From positions 1 through 64,000 of the IMG/VR virus record IMGVR_UViG_3300045988_179398: a stretch of 64,000 nt of DNA; one strand, given 5' to 3'. The position numbers were made by a program, and so were the translations under genes. Below the pieces are notes generated by a model. That model worked only from the letters and a program-made list of their open reading frames with translations. It was not told the DNA's origin and made no database searches. The stretch's first letter is position 1; every line of letters begins with the position of its first letter. The DNA is from a virus. Of this stretch, positions 43,936-56,300 are shown in pieces.

Positions 43936-45308
43936 TGAAATTAAAAGTTAGTAATGTTTGTCAGTTGTTGGATAAGAGTAAATATCCTGCAACGATTACA
44001 AACAGCGGAGTTACTTTTACAAACAATGGCGATGGTACAATCACCCTAAATGGTACTAATACGGGTGGTAGTGAGAATTTATATAGTTTTATGCTTGTTT
44101 CTGTTAAGGCAGGACATTATTACTATATTTATTCGGGTCAGGAAGGAAGGTGGGAAAATTGTATGTTCACCGTTAATTACAGTATAAGTGCAATCAACGT
44201 CGATGGAAATATCGGTTTTCAAAATAAGTCTTTTGATAATTGTGTGGTATATTTATACATTGGTGCGGGAGCAACATTTAATAATTATATTGTAAAACCA
44301 CAGTTTTTCGACCTAACCGAAATGTATGGAGCAGGACACGAGCCTACCACGGTTGAACAATTCCGTCAAGACTTCCCGAACGAGATGTATGATTACAGTC
44401 CTGAGTGTTGGAAAAGGTTAAAAGAGTTGAGATATAGGACTGAAACGAAGAACTTATTTGATATAAGTAAAGCGGATATTACTCAACATAATGGGTATTG
44501 GACATCAAATGCTAATTATACGGAGCATTTTTATACACAAATTGTTGAGCCTGGTAAAGCTTATAGAGTGAGTTATGAATGCTACAACCCTTTAGCAGGA
44601 CTTGATGCTTTGAGTTTAGGTGTACAGACGGGTAATGGGTTTGGTGATGGCACGGCTTTATATATAGGATTAATAGGTGATGCCCACTATAAATGGGTTA
44701 AACAATATAGAGATTTCACAATTCCAAACGGTATAACACAAATAACTTTTTCGGCTTTTACAGAGACGATGTTTCGTAATCTACAATTCGAAGAAGGCTC
44801 AACAGGAACTCCCTATCAACCTTACGGTTATCTCCCATTAAGACGGGGGAAGTTTAGAACTGAGACGAGGAATTTACTACAACTAAATGACTTTTCAAAT
44901 AGTTGGCTTACTATAAAGGGTAATGCTATAAGGATAAAGAAGACAAACGATGTCCAAGTATATGATGACCAAGTAGGCTTTTCTCCAATTTCAAGTCAAT
45001 TAAAAGCAGGGAAGTATTATCGAATAAGTGCAAAAGTCATTGGAGAGTTTACGGGTAGATTGTACCGAATGTTTGGCGATAGTTTATACAGTAATGAAAT
45101 TGTAGACAGTCATTGGCAGAAAACATTTACCACCGATACGGTTACAGATAAGTATGGTCTTTATATTGCTCAAAATAACACAACTTCAATTGGTATGACC
45201 TTGATTAGCGATGAAGTTGTTATTTACGATATAATGCTTGAAGAAAGCGATACCGCATTCACGGGTATTGCTCAATATCAACCCTATAAACACGTATCTT
45301 TCCATTAA
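43935..45308 (+). CDS. tail fibre / receptor-binding-type protein (457 aa)
   Basis: ATG 43935 (TAATG overlap, GGAGGTG 5 nt upstream) preferred to the track's GTG 43929. Confidence 0.6.
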   Translation: MKLKVSNVCQLLDKSKYPATITNSGVTFTNNGDGTITLNGTNTGGSENLYSFMLVSVKAGHYYYIYSGQEGRWENCMFTVNYSISAINVDGNIGFQNKSFDNCVVYLYIGAGATFNNYIVKPQFFDLTEMYGAGHEPTTVEQFRQDFPNEMYDYSPECWKRLKELRYRTETKNLFDISKADITQHNGYWTSNANYTEHFYTQIVEPGKAYRVSYECYNPLAGLDALSLGVQTGNGFGDGTALYIGLIGDAHYKWVKQYRDFTIPNGITQITFSAFTETMFRNLQFEEGSTGTPYQPYGYLPLRRGKFRTETRNLLQLNDFSNSWLTIKGNAIRIKKTNDVQVYDDQVGFSPISSQLKAGKYYRISAKVIGEFTGRLYRMFGDSLYSNEIVDSHWQKTFTTDTVTDKYGLYIAQNNTTSIGMTLISDEVVIYDIMLEESDTAFTGIAQYQPYKHVSFH

Positions 45309-45319
45309 GGAGGTAAAAG

Positions 45320-45619
45320 ATGGCAGAAACAAATATAAAAGATGTAAAATTAAAAATCGGCACGGAAGCTCAGTTTCAAGACAAACTGAAAGACTTACCG
45401 TTAAACACATTAGTCGGAGTTACCGACCCGATACAAGAGGGCGAGTTGGACACTTCGATTATAAACAAGTTGGACAAGGCGGAAAATGCGCTACCCAAAC
45501 CGACGAATGACAGTACGGGAACTGATGGGCAGGTTCTTACTAAAACCGCAGCGGGGAGCGTGTGGAAAACCCCAATCACCGCTACGCTCGACGGCACCGT
45601 TCTGACCTTGACGATATAA
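45320..45619 (+). CDS. hypothetical tail-module protein (99 aa)
   Basis: AAGGAGG SD. Confidence 0.7.
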   Translation: MAETNIKDVKLKIGTEAQFQDKLKDLPLNTLVGVTDPIQEGELDTSIINKLDKAENALPKPTNDSTGTDGQVLTKTAAGSVWKTPITATLDGTVLTLTI

Positions 45620-45629
45620 GGGGTGGGCT

Positions 45630-47183
45630 ATGAGCATAATGATAAATGGGACCGAGGTCACGGGCGTTATCGTGAATAAAGACGGTGTGCAAACCGACGT
45701 GACTGAAGTCCGTGTTAAAACGCAAGGAAGTACGTCCTACACGGTCGTTTTTACGAGCGCGTTACCCACTCCGACGAGTTATCGTGTTGATACACTCACA
45801 GAGATGATGGAGAACGAGGAATACGTCGATTACGGGGTTGTCCCGTTCCAAGACATCGATAGTTTAAAGGAAAGTCTTTTTAGAAACCAAAAAACGATTT
45901 TCTACTTACTCGATCCGTTGAACGCACACTACAATTACAATGGCGTGGCTTTCGCGAACGATTACCCACAGGTCGCAGACGTTTACAAGGATGCAACAGC
46001 TTCTACACCGCTGAACTTCGTCCCGACAGCTGCGGATGGTCAAGCGGTTTATACGACGTTCCAGATAGTCGACGCGCAGTTGAGCACGCCGAGTTTGGAG
46101 GCTTATAACAATTATACAAATTTGAGCTTTGGTTTTGCGTTGCGTTACGGGTTGACGCTTAGAGATAATCTTTTTGAAATTCCAGCAGATGATGTTTTGC
46201 AGGCTTTCCACCGAATAACCGATATGGTGACCGACAGAGGGGATGATATTATCGTTATTTATTTAAATGACAGAATGACGCCTGAACGTCTTCAATATAC
46301 GTTCTCGAAAGGGTTTGGTGCTTATGTCGATACTTACGGTTCGGCTGTTGATCAGCAAAAGCGCAAAATCGCCGTGTTATTAGTCGGAGACAAGACGATA
46401 ACCGAGTTCACGAATTATCAAGAAATCATCGGTAATGCTTTCGCGCAGTCAGGAATTGCGGAGAACGCGGGTATGGACGCTAATTTATTATCTGATTACG
46501 CTCAATGGAATGACACGCTTACCAACATACTAATTAACCCGTCTTCCCAGTTGTCTCACTCTCAGGTTTATACCATCCCTATTCCAGCCACAACAAGTTA
46601 TGTGAATGCGCAAGGTTGGGTTGGTTGGGATAGCGGCGAGGTAGATAAATATCTTTATGATACATTGGGACAAATTTGGAGTAACGGGGTAAGTGATTTT
46701 AATAAAGCGATTATCAGATTCGACGATAATATTTCGAGCAGCCTAGACGGGCAAGTTAATCAATCTTTCACTATGTCGACAGATCCGAATTATTACGTCC
46801 CGCCTTATATATATGACCTTATACATGTATCGACGCTCACTTTTGAATTGCCAGCAGCAACGTTATTCGTTGATGAATTAAATTATAATTATACCAACAT
46901 AGATAAATTAGTTGGAAATTTTTCCACTATTTGTTTCGGGCTTCGGCTGTGGCCGATTTTTTATTCAAGTTTAGGCGGAGGCGGAGACACGACAGGGAGC
47001 AATTGGAATTCGTTAATGCGGCACATTGTTCGCACCGAAAGAAAACGATTGAATATTCCATCGGATGTTACAAACGAAGAACTTTTAAGCTACTTTAGTT
47101 CGATGTATGGAAGCATCTCGGAAAAGATAACATCTAGCAACGTCAAGAATTGCGGTGACAATTATATAGTCGGGCTTAAATAA
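45630..47183 (+). CDS. hypothetical tail-module protein (517 aa)
   Basis: Track ORF with GGGGTGGG upstream. Confidence 0.7.
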   Translation: MSIMINGTEVTGVIVNKDGVQTDVTEVRVKTQGSTSYTVVFTSALPTPTSYRVDTLTEMMENEEYVDYGVVPFQDIDSLKESLFRNQKTIFYLLDPLNAHYNYNGVAFANDYPQVADVYKDATASTPLNFVPTAADGQAVYTTFQIVDAQLSTPSLEAYNNYTNLSFGFALRYGLTLRDNLFEIPADDVLQAFHRITDMVTDRGDDIIVIYLNDRMTPERLQYTFSKGFGAYVDTYGSAVDQQKRKIAVLLVGDKTITEFTNYQEIIGNAFAQSGIAENAGMDANLLSDYAQWNDTLTNILINPSSQLSHSQVYTIPIPATTSYVNAQGWVGWDSGEVDKYLYDTLGQIWSNGVSDFNKAIIRFDDNISSSLDGQVNQSFTMSTDPNYYVPPYIYDLIHVSTLTFELPAATLFVDELNYNYTNIDKLVGNFSTICFGLRLWPIFYSSLGGGGDTTGSNWNSLMRHIVRTERKRLNIPSDVTNEELLSYFSSMYGSISEKITSSNVKNCGDNYIVGLK

Positions 47184-47200
47184 TTTCAAAGGAGAGAATT

Positions 47201-47551
47201 ATGGGTCTTTTTAAGGAAAATTACGAGAGTAAAAAATTGGGCATTACGCTGCCGAAAGCGTATGCGTATATAACCGATTTTAAGCTCAAAGAAACGGCTG
47301 GCAAAACTTACGGCAGAGCCATATTTGCAGTTCAGACTTCGAGGGAGGCGTGCGTGAACAAAGCACCCATTGAGGAAGTTATACTCGAAAGCATCGAACT
47401 CGATAGAAGCAAAAATGTGCTTAAACAGGTTTACGACAAAATGAAAGAGGGAGAAACCCACGAAATCATAAATCCCGAAACGGGTAAAAAAGAAACGGTT
47501 GAATTTGGAATGCCGTTTTACGGTTGGTCGGATGATATTACAGCCGAATAA
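47201..47551 (+). CDS. hypothetical protein (116 aa)
   Basis: AAAGGAGAG SD. Confidence 0.7.
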   Translation: MGLFKENYESKKLGITLPKAYAYITDFKLKETAGKTYGRAIFAVQTSREACVNKAPIEEVILESIELDRSKNVLKQVYDKMKEGETHEIINPETGKKETVEFGMPFYGWSDDITAE

Positions 47552-47595
47552 TAAACCACAATTTTTTAAAAATAATATCTAGGAGGATCTGCCTT

Positions 47596-48636
47596 ATGGC
47601 AAGAACGACGGTTTATAACGAAGATTTGTCAAAAGAATGGCAGGTCGTCAATCCAAAAAACCAAAAATTATTGCGGGAGTTTGTGCGTTATTGCGTCGCG
47701 AACGATAAAAGCCCGCACACTTGTAATCAATACGAATCGCAGCTCAAAATCTTTTTCTGCTGGAATTACAGAGAAAACGCCGACAAGTTTTTTATCGACG
47801 TTAAGAAGCGCGATTTGGTCAACTTTTTCGGCTGGGGGAGAGAAATCGGATGGAGCCCGTGTCGGCTCGCCTCTCTCCGCGCCGTGTTGAGCTCGTTCAG
47901 CAATTACATCGAACGAATACTCGACGAAGATTACCCCACGTTTAGGAATCTTGTAAAGGTTCTCGAGCCGATCCATCTCGAAGCCGTCCGCGAAAAGACG
48001 ATTATCGAGAAAGACGATATAATGGCGGGGATTGAGCGATTGGTCGCACTTGGCGAGTACCAATACGCGTGTTTTCTCTCGCTTCTCTTTTCATCTGGAA
48101 TGCGCAAGTCCGAAGCGGTGCAAATGAAGGTTTCGTTTTTCACGACCGAAAGACAAGATGCTCTCGGTGGGCTCGCTTATATGACCCCAAAAATCAGGAC
48201 GAAAGGACACGGAGCGCGGGGCAAACAAGTTCAAAGGTACGTTTTTAAGGAAACCTTTGACAAATACTTTGACTTATGGATGAAGGAGCGCGAAAAGCTT
48301 GGCGTGAAAACCGACGCGCTTTTTGTTATAAAAGGCGGGTATGAAGATTACCAACCCGCGAAATCGCAAAATTTCTCCCATTGGGCGCAGAAAATCGGCG
48401 AGCTGATAGGCGTTGAATCGTTATATTGCCACAGCCTGCGACACGCGTTCACCACGTACTTAAAGCGTAACGGAACGCCAACCGACGTGGTACAAAAACT
48501 CCAATCTTGGGGAAGTGCGGATATGGTTGCGAGATATGACGATCGAAGCGAAAGCGAAGAGTTGGACGAGTTCTTCTCGACGCTTTCTGGTGAAAAAACA
48601 ACGGTTAAGGAGGAATGTGATTTATGGCAGAAGTAA
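47596..48636 (+). CDS. tyrosine recombinase / phage integrase family
   Basis: SGMRKSE (Arg), TKGHGARGK, HSLRHAF (H-x-x-R), WGSADMVARY (W/H...Y), in canonical order. 346 aa. Confidence 0.8.
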   Translation: MARTTVYNEDLSKEWQVVNPKNQKLLREFVRYCVANDKSPHTCNQYESQLKIFFCWNYRENADKFFIDVKKRDLVNFFGWGREIGWSPCRLASLRAVLSSFSNYIERILDEDYPTFRNLVKVLEPIHLEAVREKTIIEKDDIMAGIERLVALGEYQYACFLSLLFSSGMRKSEAVQMKVSFFTTERQDALGGLAYMTPKIRTKGHGARGKQVQRYVFKETFDKYFDLWMKEREKLGVKTDALFVIKGGYEDYQPAKSQNFSHWAQKIGELIGVESLYCHSLRHAFTTYLKRNGTPTDVVQKLQSWGSADMVARYDDRSESEELDEFFSTLSGEKTTVKEECDLWQK

Positions 48637-49724
48637 TAGGCGATAACACCATACCGAACGGGTTATCGGCAAACGTAATGCGCGAGTTGTTACAGAGCAA
48701 AAATATGCTCAAAAACAAAGGCGATATGTATATAGGTACTGGAATACAGGAAAACGGAGTATATAAAACGGGAATTTTATCTGGCCCGAGCAAAGGCGGT
48801 TTGGTTTTAGCGGGGACAAATGCGGGAAGTGGTGTCGATGTTCAATACAAATCAGCACTTGATATTTTAAATGAAGATTTAACCATTGGTGATTCCGATG
48901 GAATACACATAGGTAAAAGTGCCGAGACGTCTAATGGAGGCGTAGCGATTGGCGTGTTCGCAGAAGCTAAAAATGATGGGACCACCTCATATGGAAATTA
49001 TGCAAAAAGCCTTGGCAAATATTCGGCTGCCATTGGTAATTTGGCAAATGCAACTGCTGAATACGCATACCAATTAGGGCCTGGAGAGAACAGTGTTGCA
49101 AATTCATTAAAATTCATAAATACACAAATTGTGGACGGGACGGGGAACGTAAATGCCACAAAAATAAACGGAGTGTTGAGCACGGAGATTTTTGAAAGTG
49201 ATGGGAAGACGGCAAAAAATAGTACGTTGGCGCAAAGTGTTGTTAATGGCTCTATTATAAAAGATTCATTCAAAACTCCTAAGCAATTGGTTTCGCATTC
49301 AATTTGCATTAAAGCATCGAATTTCTCAATGGAAGTTGCGGTCCTCTGTGTTAATAATAGTGACCCTTATGGTAATAACTTTTTAAATTTTTGCAAAGAC
49401 TATGAGACCACTGCGGTCGTTCGTGCGGAGCATTTGATGGTTTGTGGATACATAAATAGGGAAAGCGATGGAAGCGGCTTATCTATAAATATTAAACCAG
49501 TGATGAAGATGTGGAGAATATCGGCGGGTCAGGTTTTTCAATATGAAATTAATTTTACTGGAGTAGAGTATAATTCGACCACAAATCGTACAGAACAAAC
49601 GTCCTTATCTTTATATATACGAAATGGAGACGATGGAACCAAGGCTTATAAATATATAGAACCGACTTCTGGCGAACCAGTTTATACCATGTATGACTTG
49701 GCTTATTCGGTAACTGGGGTATAA
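48624..49724 (+). CDS. tail fibre-type protein (366 aa)
   Basis: Overlaps the recombinase stop. Contains KGDMYIGTG and Gly/Asn-rich repeats. Confidence 0.6.
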   Translation: MAEVIGDNTIPNGLSANVMRELLQSKNMLKNKGDMYIGTGIQENGVYKTGILSGPSKGGLVLAGTNAGSGVDVQYKSALDILNEDLTIGDSDGIHIGKSAETSNGGVAIGVFAEAKNDGTTSYGNYAKSLGKYSAAIGNLANATAEYAYQLGPGENSVANSLKFINTQIVDGTGNVNATKINGVLSTEIFESDGKTAKNSTLAQSVVNGSIIKDSFKTPKQLVSHSICIKASNFSMEVAVLCVNNSDPYGNNFLNFCKDYETTAVVRAEHLMVCGYINRESDGSGLSINIKPVMKMWRISAGQVFQYEINFTGVEYNSTTNRTEQTSLSLYIRNGDDGTKAYKYIEPTSGEPVYTMYDLAYSVTGV

Positions 49725-49836
49725 TATCTTTTATGTCGATAATTTATGTAATAATATAAATAAAGATAGTTGCAATTAAATAAAACCCTCGTTTTATTAC
49801 AAGGAAAAAATTTAGGATATTTTTTTTGGTAAAATT

Positions 49837-49869
49837 AGAGACTTCGCTACGCGCGAGGTCTCTTTTTTA
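49837..49869 (+). terminator. strong intrinsic terminator
   Basis: AGAGACTTCGC-TACGC-GCGAGGTCTCT followed by TTTTTT. Confidence 0.8.
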
Positions 49870-49926
49870 CTATATTTTTTGGAATTTAGGAACTTTAAAT
49901 TAGAAAATAATCACAGGAGGAATGAT

Positions 49927-50370
49927 ATGTTTGAATTAAAAGAAAAAATGCTGGAGATTTATAACGAAGGCGACAAAAAAATACCGTTAGAACGTTATCG
50001 TTCCGAGGGTGTTAGATATATACAAGACAATATTCGGAGCGTTGCGTATGATTCAATCACGCGAACGTATTCGGAGAGCGGAAATAGACGACTAATTGAT
50101 TTACCTGATTTATTTAATTCGGTCAGGTTTAATCAACTCGACCAATGGAATTTTGATATGATGATTGACAAATCGTTAATTTACGAGAAGCAAAATCGAT
50201 TACGGCAAAACGAAGAGGTTTACGGAATGTCGAGTTTGATATATCGAGACGCGACGGAATTTAGCGAGAATGATTTAATCAGAATGCAAGTTCGATTGGA
50301 AAACGATGTAGAAAAATTTATAGATACGAATTTTACGGAATATTTAGGTAAATTGGTTAGGAGGAAATAA
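49927..50370 (+). CDS. hypothetical protein (147 aa) immediately upstream of the giant gene
   Basis: ATG 49927 (MFELKEKML...) with AGGAGG 7 nt upstream, preferred to the track's alternative start at 49879. Confidence 0.7.
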   Translation: MFELKEKMLEIYNEGDKKIPLERYRSEGVRYIQDNIRSVAYDSITRTYSESGNRRLIDLPDLFNSVRFNQLDQWNFDMMIDKSLIYEKQNRLRQNEEVYGMSSLIYRDATEFSENDLIRMQVRLENDVEKFIDTNFTEYLGKLVRRK

Positions 50371-50375
50371 AGTTT

Positions 50376-53300
50376 ATGATAATGAATCGTGCTGAATTAG
50401 ATAAATATTTGGCTAATAATATAGTTTATACTGGCGAATATCTCGAAGCTATGTCTGCGAAAGACTTTGCAACTTTAAACGAAGCCGCGAAAAAGAAGGT
50501 TCAAGAAATGGCTAAGCGCGGAAGAGAAGAGAGTGCGATGAAAGGGTCTTTGGCGGATATGGAAGCAAAGGCTAAAAGTCTTGGATATGATGTTGCGTAC
50601 AATGTAAACAAAAAAACTAATGAAATAGAAGTCATCTTGGTTGAAAAAGGGCAAGATGTAAAGAAAAATTATGAAAAAGTTGCGGCTGAAGCACCGACCT
50701 TCAAACTTTCTATCGGCGAAGGAACTCGTGGCGGAAAGGGAAGAATGGCTGCGCCAAAATCTTACGCACCACACGTTAGCAAAAGCGGCAAAGGGACTGT
50801 TTTACTCACACAGGTGGAAGAAACTATAAATAGTGTTACTGACGCTTTGTCAAAGCTCGACAGCAGAAAAACAAGACCCGACAAAGGATATGTTAAACAT
50901 GAAGTGAAGAAAGCACAGCGGTTGGCAGAACAATCTATCGTTACGACCGAGGGCTATTCGGTTGTTGATGAAGATAAATTCATGGAAGAAATGAAAAGAG
51001 AAACCTCGAATGCAAGAGGACAATTTGTTCGAACTAGTATGAGAGTAGGCGGCTTAATTGGCGAAGTTATTAAAAAAAGCAATTTTACCAAAAATATAAC
51101 AGCTGCTCAGAGATTAACACAGGACGAACTTAAAGCTCTTAATCAAAAGGCGGACGCGGTTGTAACGAAATACCTTGCGATTTATGCACAAGAAGGAGAA
51201 AAAGCAGCCGATAATTATTTTAAAGCCACCAAGGTCTTAAAAGACGATTTTAAATTGAGTGAAGATGATATTAAAGCTCAATTAGAAGCGGTTAAATCTG
51301 GATTTGGTGACTTTTTATATTTGCCGTCTTCCTTTGGTTTGAGCGGTGATAACGCTTTAAATACGAAAAAATTTTCCTATGTAGGCGATAGAGATTTAGC
51401 ATTCCGTCCATCCACGAGAACTGGTAGACATACGTCGCAAACAAGGAATTATCTCGAACGTAGCCAAAGAGCAAAATCAAGAGTCAAAAAAAGAGCCACG
51501 GAACGTTTTATTCCTGATGTTGATAAAGCAGATACTTCTTATTATAAAGAAATGGGGCATCAATTATATAAGCGTGGCTTGGTTTCTGGTGGGACTAAGG
51601 ATGGGATTGAATATACTCCGCAGATGTTGGTCACTAAAGCATATGAAGATGCTGCGGCTGCTTATATTGAAGAGAAGGTAAAAAAACTCAAAGAGAGCAA
51701 AAAATATAATAAAGCTTCCGACGCTCGTAAAGCAAAAATGGAAGAAGAATTGCGAGATAATATTCAAAAATCGCTTCCGACGATAGCTCAACTTGGCATT
51801 ATGGAAGATGCTGGTTTAATGAGTGAATCCGCCGCTCGTGAATTCGAATCGAGCAGAATGGTGACGACGACTATTTCTGAAAATGAATACGACAAATTGC
51901 AAAAAGAAGCCAAAGAAAAATACGAAAAACTTTCTGAAAAAGCTAAGAAGGCTGTAAATTTATCGGATTTTACCGATCGATTTATCGCTAAAAAAGCACT
52001 TAAACGCAGTAAACTTTCTGACGTAGATATTTTTCGTAATGGAGCGGAGGGTGCTTTTTCTATATCTGCAACGGAAACAGTTGGTGGAAATAGAGCTAAA
52101 TTGCTTTCGAGATATACTGGCGCTCGTGAAACAGACGTTGCCGTTCCTGATTTTATTTTCAATAGGATGGCAAAAGAGCTTAAGATTGAAGGCGCCGACA
52201 TAATTAGTGCGGCGAAAAAGTTTAAAGCGGAGGAAATTCCTGGGTATTTTCAAGGATTATTAGGTGCTTCTATATCGCAACGAACAGCAGGCAAAAACCA
52301 AGATGAAATAGAAAAAACACTTAAAGATACGGTTGCCGCTTTAAATTCAATCGGCTTTAAAGCTTCACTTGGTGAGAATGGAGAAATTTTTATAGATAAT
52401 TCTGACGAAGCAGTGTCACAGATTAAGTGGGATAAAGCATTGGGTTATCTTGAAAGTCTCAATATTCTTAAGCAAATCGATGGCGGTTTTGAATTTGTAA
52501 ATCCAGCAACAATTATAGAAGATGTTATTAATCAAGCGGATACATACGATCCGTCGAAAAAGGTTAAAACAAGCCCAAAAGAGTATTCAAGTGTAAAACG
52601 TGATATCGCCGAGGCGATGGCTGCCTCTGGAGATAAGAGCAAATTCAAATCTTTGGCGGCAGATGTCGATAGAATGTATGATCCAACCACTGGAGCGTTC
52701 GGCGCCGAAGCCAAAAAGGCATCGGTTGACATAGATGCCATATTGAATAAAAAAACGGGGTCTATAGTAAAAACTTATCAAACGACCATAAGTGGGAAAG
52801 ACAGAATAAAAGACGTCACTTCTCTTAAGAGAAAAAGTTATAAAGGGAAGATGAAAAATAAAAAGGGTGCTCACTATATAATATCCGTTGGGCGTGGTTC
52901 TGGGTACACCATTGACGCCTCTCAGTTAGAAATGGCAGCAATCAATTATCAAGAGGCTGGCGGTTTGCTTACTCGTGAAGATTATGAAAACACAGTTCTT
53001 GGTACAATTAATAAAGTCAAGTCGGAAATACTCACGAATGATACAACTGCCTCGGTAGATGTCATGATCGATCCTGGCACTGATTTTGGATTTGGTATGT
53101 CGTTCGATGGAGAAAACGCCTCGGAAGGAGCAACTGGAAGATTTTTGGTTTTGCCAAATGTTGAAATAGACACTGTGCAAAAGGATGGCGAAACATTATA
53201 TAGTTTGCCAAGTTACAACAAAGAGATTCATTCTCTCATTGGTTCGATTAAATCGGGGCAAGGGGATAGCGGTAAAATAGCACAAGAGTTAAATAAGAAA

Positions 53301-56300
53301 ATGTTTGATGCCGCACATTCAAGCAAAGGGACGTTGTGGCAAAAGGCGCATACTAAGCGACAGGGCGGATCAACGAGTGGTCACATTACTGGCATATCTC
53401 AAGATGCGATTGATAAAGCGTTAGCTGAAGGCGATATCGAAAAAGCAAAGAGATTGGCTTCCGATATCTGGGTAAGCGAAAAAGCAATGATGGAAATGCT
53501 TTCCAGCAAAACCCCTTATACAAGCGCAGATGGTGTTTATAATGTTTCCGAACATCAAAATTTTTTAACAGAAGCGGTGAAGCACTTATATAAAGACGAA
53601 GCTGGTGGTATACTCGATGGTTTAAGTGGTTCCGATGACGAAAAAAATAAAATATTATCCAGAGCAATTGCTCAAAGAATAGCAGATGATAAATTTACTG
53701 GCGCAAAAGAAGGGTTGGCGGGCATAATGAACCGTTTCCCGTCGATTGCACAATTATCAGCTGTTTTCAGTAGTTACCATGTTTCTTCCCAATTACAAGG
53801 GAAAGATATAATGGTTGGTGCCGCAATTGCAAAATTTGTAAACGGCGACTATGACGGAGATACTTTGCAACTTGTATTGGGGTTGATGAGCAGCGGAAAA
53901 TCGTTTGAAGAAGCCGATGAAATGGTCGAAAGGCAGCGAGAGAAAAACCTTAATCTTTATAAACAGATGTTCTCGAAAGGAAAAGGTGAGCCGCTCGATA
54001 AAACTGTCGCAACTCTAACAGATGCGCAAAAATTATCAGACCCGAAATATATGGGATTGTCTGCGTTGGCGGCTAAATTCAATAAACCTTATACGGGAAT
54101 GTTTTCTAATATTTCCACGCGTATAAGAGAAGGGTTGAAATTTACTGGTTTTGATGTTATCGATGAGCAAGGCAATCCAAGAGAATTATCTTCGGTTAAT
54201 GATTATATCGACGTAATAAGAGGTAAATTAGTTGCTGGCGTTGGGCAAATATTGGAACAAGATAGTATTTCTTCTAAAAAGGTCGAAAAGCGTTTAGATG
54301 AAGCAAGGAAAGCGAAAGGAAGAGATTTAACATCCGAAGAAGAAGAGGCAGAGCAACTTAAAGTTTTGCAAGAGTTTGAAGATTTGTATAATATGATGAG
54401 GGATCCGAAATCCTCATATTCCGATATTATAGGAAGAATGTCCGAAATGGGATTATTCGGTTCAGACGTCACTCAAATTTCAAGCACTTTAAGCTCAAAT
54501 ATTTTAGGATTGTTAAAAGGCGTATCTGGCGAAGATAGAAATATAATTCTTTCGAGACTCGGAATTTCTGAAGACGATTTAACGAAAGGTGCTTTATCAT
54601 CAGATGTTTATAAAAATGCTGGGAATGCTTTGGAAAACCAACTTGTTGATCCAACCACAGGAAAGCGGCTCAAAATATTCGCAGGCGAGTATGGAACTGG
54701 TTTAGCAACCTCGAGATCTTTCACCCCTTATATGAAGCAGGATACCTATGAGCTTCTTAGGTTTTTAAAATCATTGGAAGATGTTAATAGCGTATTAAAA
54801 AAGACTGGCGAAATAATTGATGAAAATGGTAACAAATTCAATCAGTATGGTGAGAGAATTAAAGAAGCGAAATCTTCGTTGGCGGCAGAAGCAGGGCAAG
54901 AATCTGCAAAAGTTGTTATTGCTGCTAAAGAAGGAAAGACGATAGAAAGGAATGTTGATATTTACCAGAAATTATCTGAAAAATTAAAGACGGCTGGTAA
55001 TAATTATAACGAGATTAACCGTTTATCGACTTCTGAGCTAAAAAGCAGATTACTTCCTTACGGCGGAGAACAAACGACTGGAATCGACGAGAAAACTTTA
55101 AATAGCGTTTATCGAAAAATCAAAGCTGGCAAAACGTTTACAAAAGCAGAACTCGCTACGCAATTTGGTGTCGAGGACGAAAAGGCGTTAAACTCATTAT
55201 TCCTTGGTAATTTAAGTACCGTTCGTGGTAATTATATCCATAACTTATCGCAGGGAGATGTTAAAGGCGCAAGGAAAGAAAAACTGAAACTTCAAAAAAT
55301 GTTTGGAGTTTTGGGGTATTCAGATGAGCAAATCGCAAGCACGTTTGATACATATAAGGCTGGCGCCAAAAACGTAAAGGCTATAACTAAACAATACGGC
55401 AGGTCTTTGGGCTCAGAAATTCCTTTTATCGGAATGACGAGTGATGGGCAATACGTTGTCAATGCTCGAGGAGACGAATTTTTCGTTGGCGAGCGTGCAA
55501 ATCCGTTTTATGATAAAGACTTTAAAGATCCAAATCAAAAGAAGATGCAAAGGGTCTTTACCGCTGTTGATTATAAAACACATACAAGTGGGAAACTCGA
55601 AGACTCTGATATTGTTCAAGGTGTAATATACAAAACATTTCTTGAAGATTTACAGACACGTTTAAAGAGTATAAAAGGCGACGTAGATATTGATTCTTTC
55701 CGTGCCGAAGTTAGTAAAGGTATGAAATATACCTCGAAAACAGAAGAAAGAGAAGCTTTGCTTGCTAAAATTACACCAGATCTTATTAAAAACCTGAAAG
55801 AATCAGATGTTGTTCAAACAGAAATTATTGTTGTAAATCCCTCAACTGGTTCTGCTCAAGCATATTCCGTTGGGGCTGATAAAGATAAATTCAAAGTAGC
55901 ACGTGATATAATTCTTAGTGGCGATACTTCTCCTTTAACATCGGAAGAGAAGACTTCGGTAAAAAGCGTAGCGAAGAAAAGGACTGACGCAAGATACTTT
56001 AAACCAGGCGAACAACAAGAAGGGATTGGAAGTATAGAGGATAAACTCAAACAAAGTGGTGGTGTTACCGCTGAGCAAAAGAACGAATCTCAAAAAGAGT
56101 ATAACACTCTCGTTTCAGAAGAGTTTAAACTCAAAAAAGAAATCGCTGCTCTCGATAAAGAACGCTGGAAGTTGACCAATATTGAAGGCAAAAAGAGCAC
56201 CGACTATACAGTTCAAAATCTCGATGCGGAAAAACAATGGCGCCAAGACGAGTTAAAACGTATGCAAGATCGCAAAGCCGAACTTGAGGGTTTGGGTGCG

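Noticed and set aside
43447-49724. Shufflon-like or invertible tail-fibre cassette controlled by the recombinase
   Set aside because: All credible fibre ORFs are on the plus strand. I saw no oppositely oriented fibre fragments and no obvious inverted crossover repeats.
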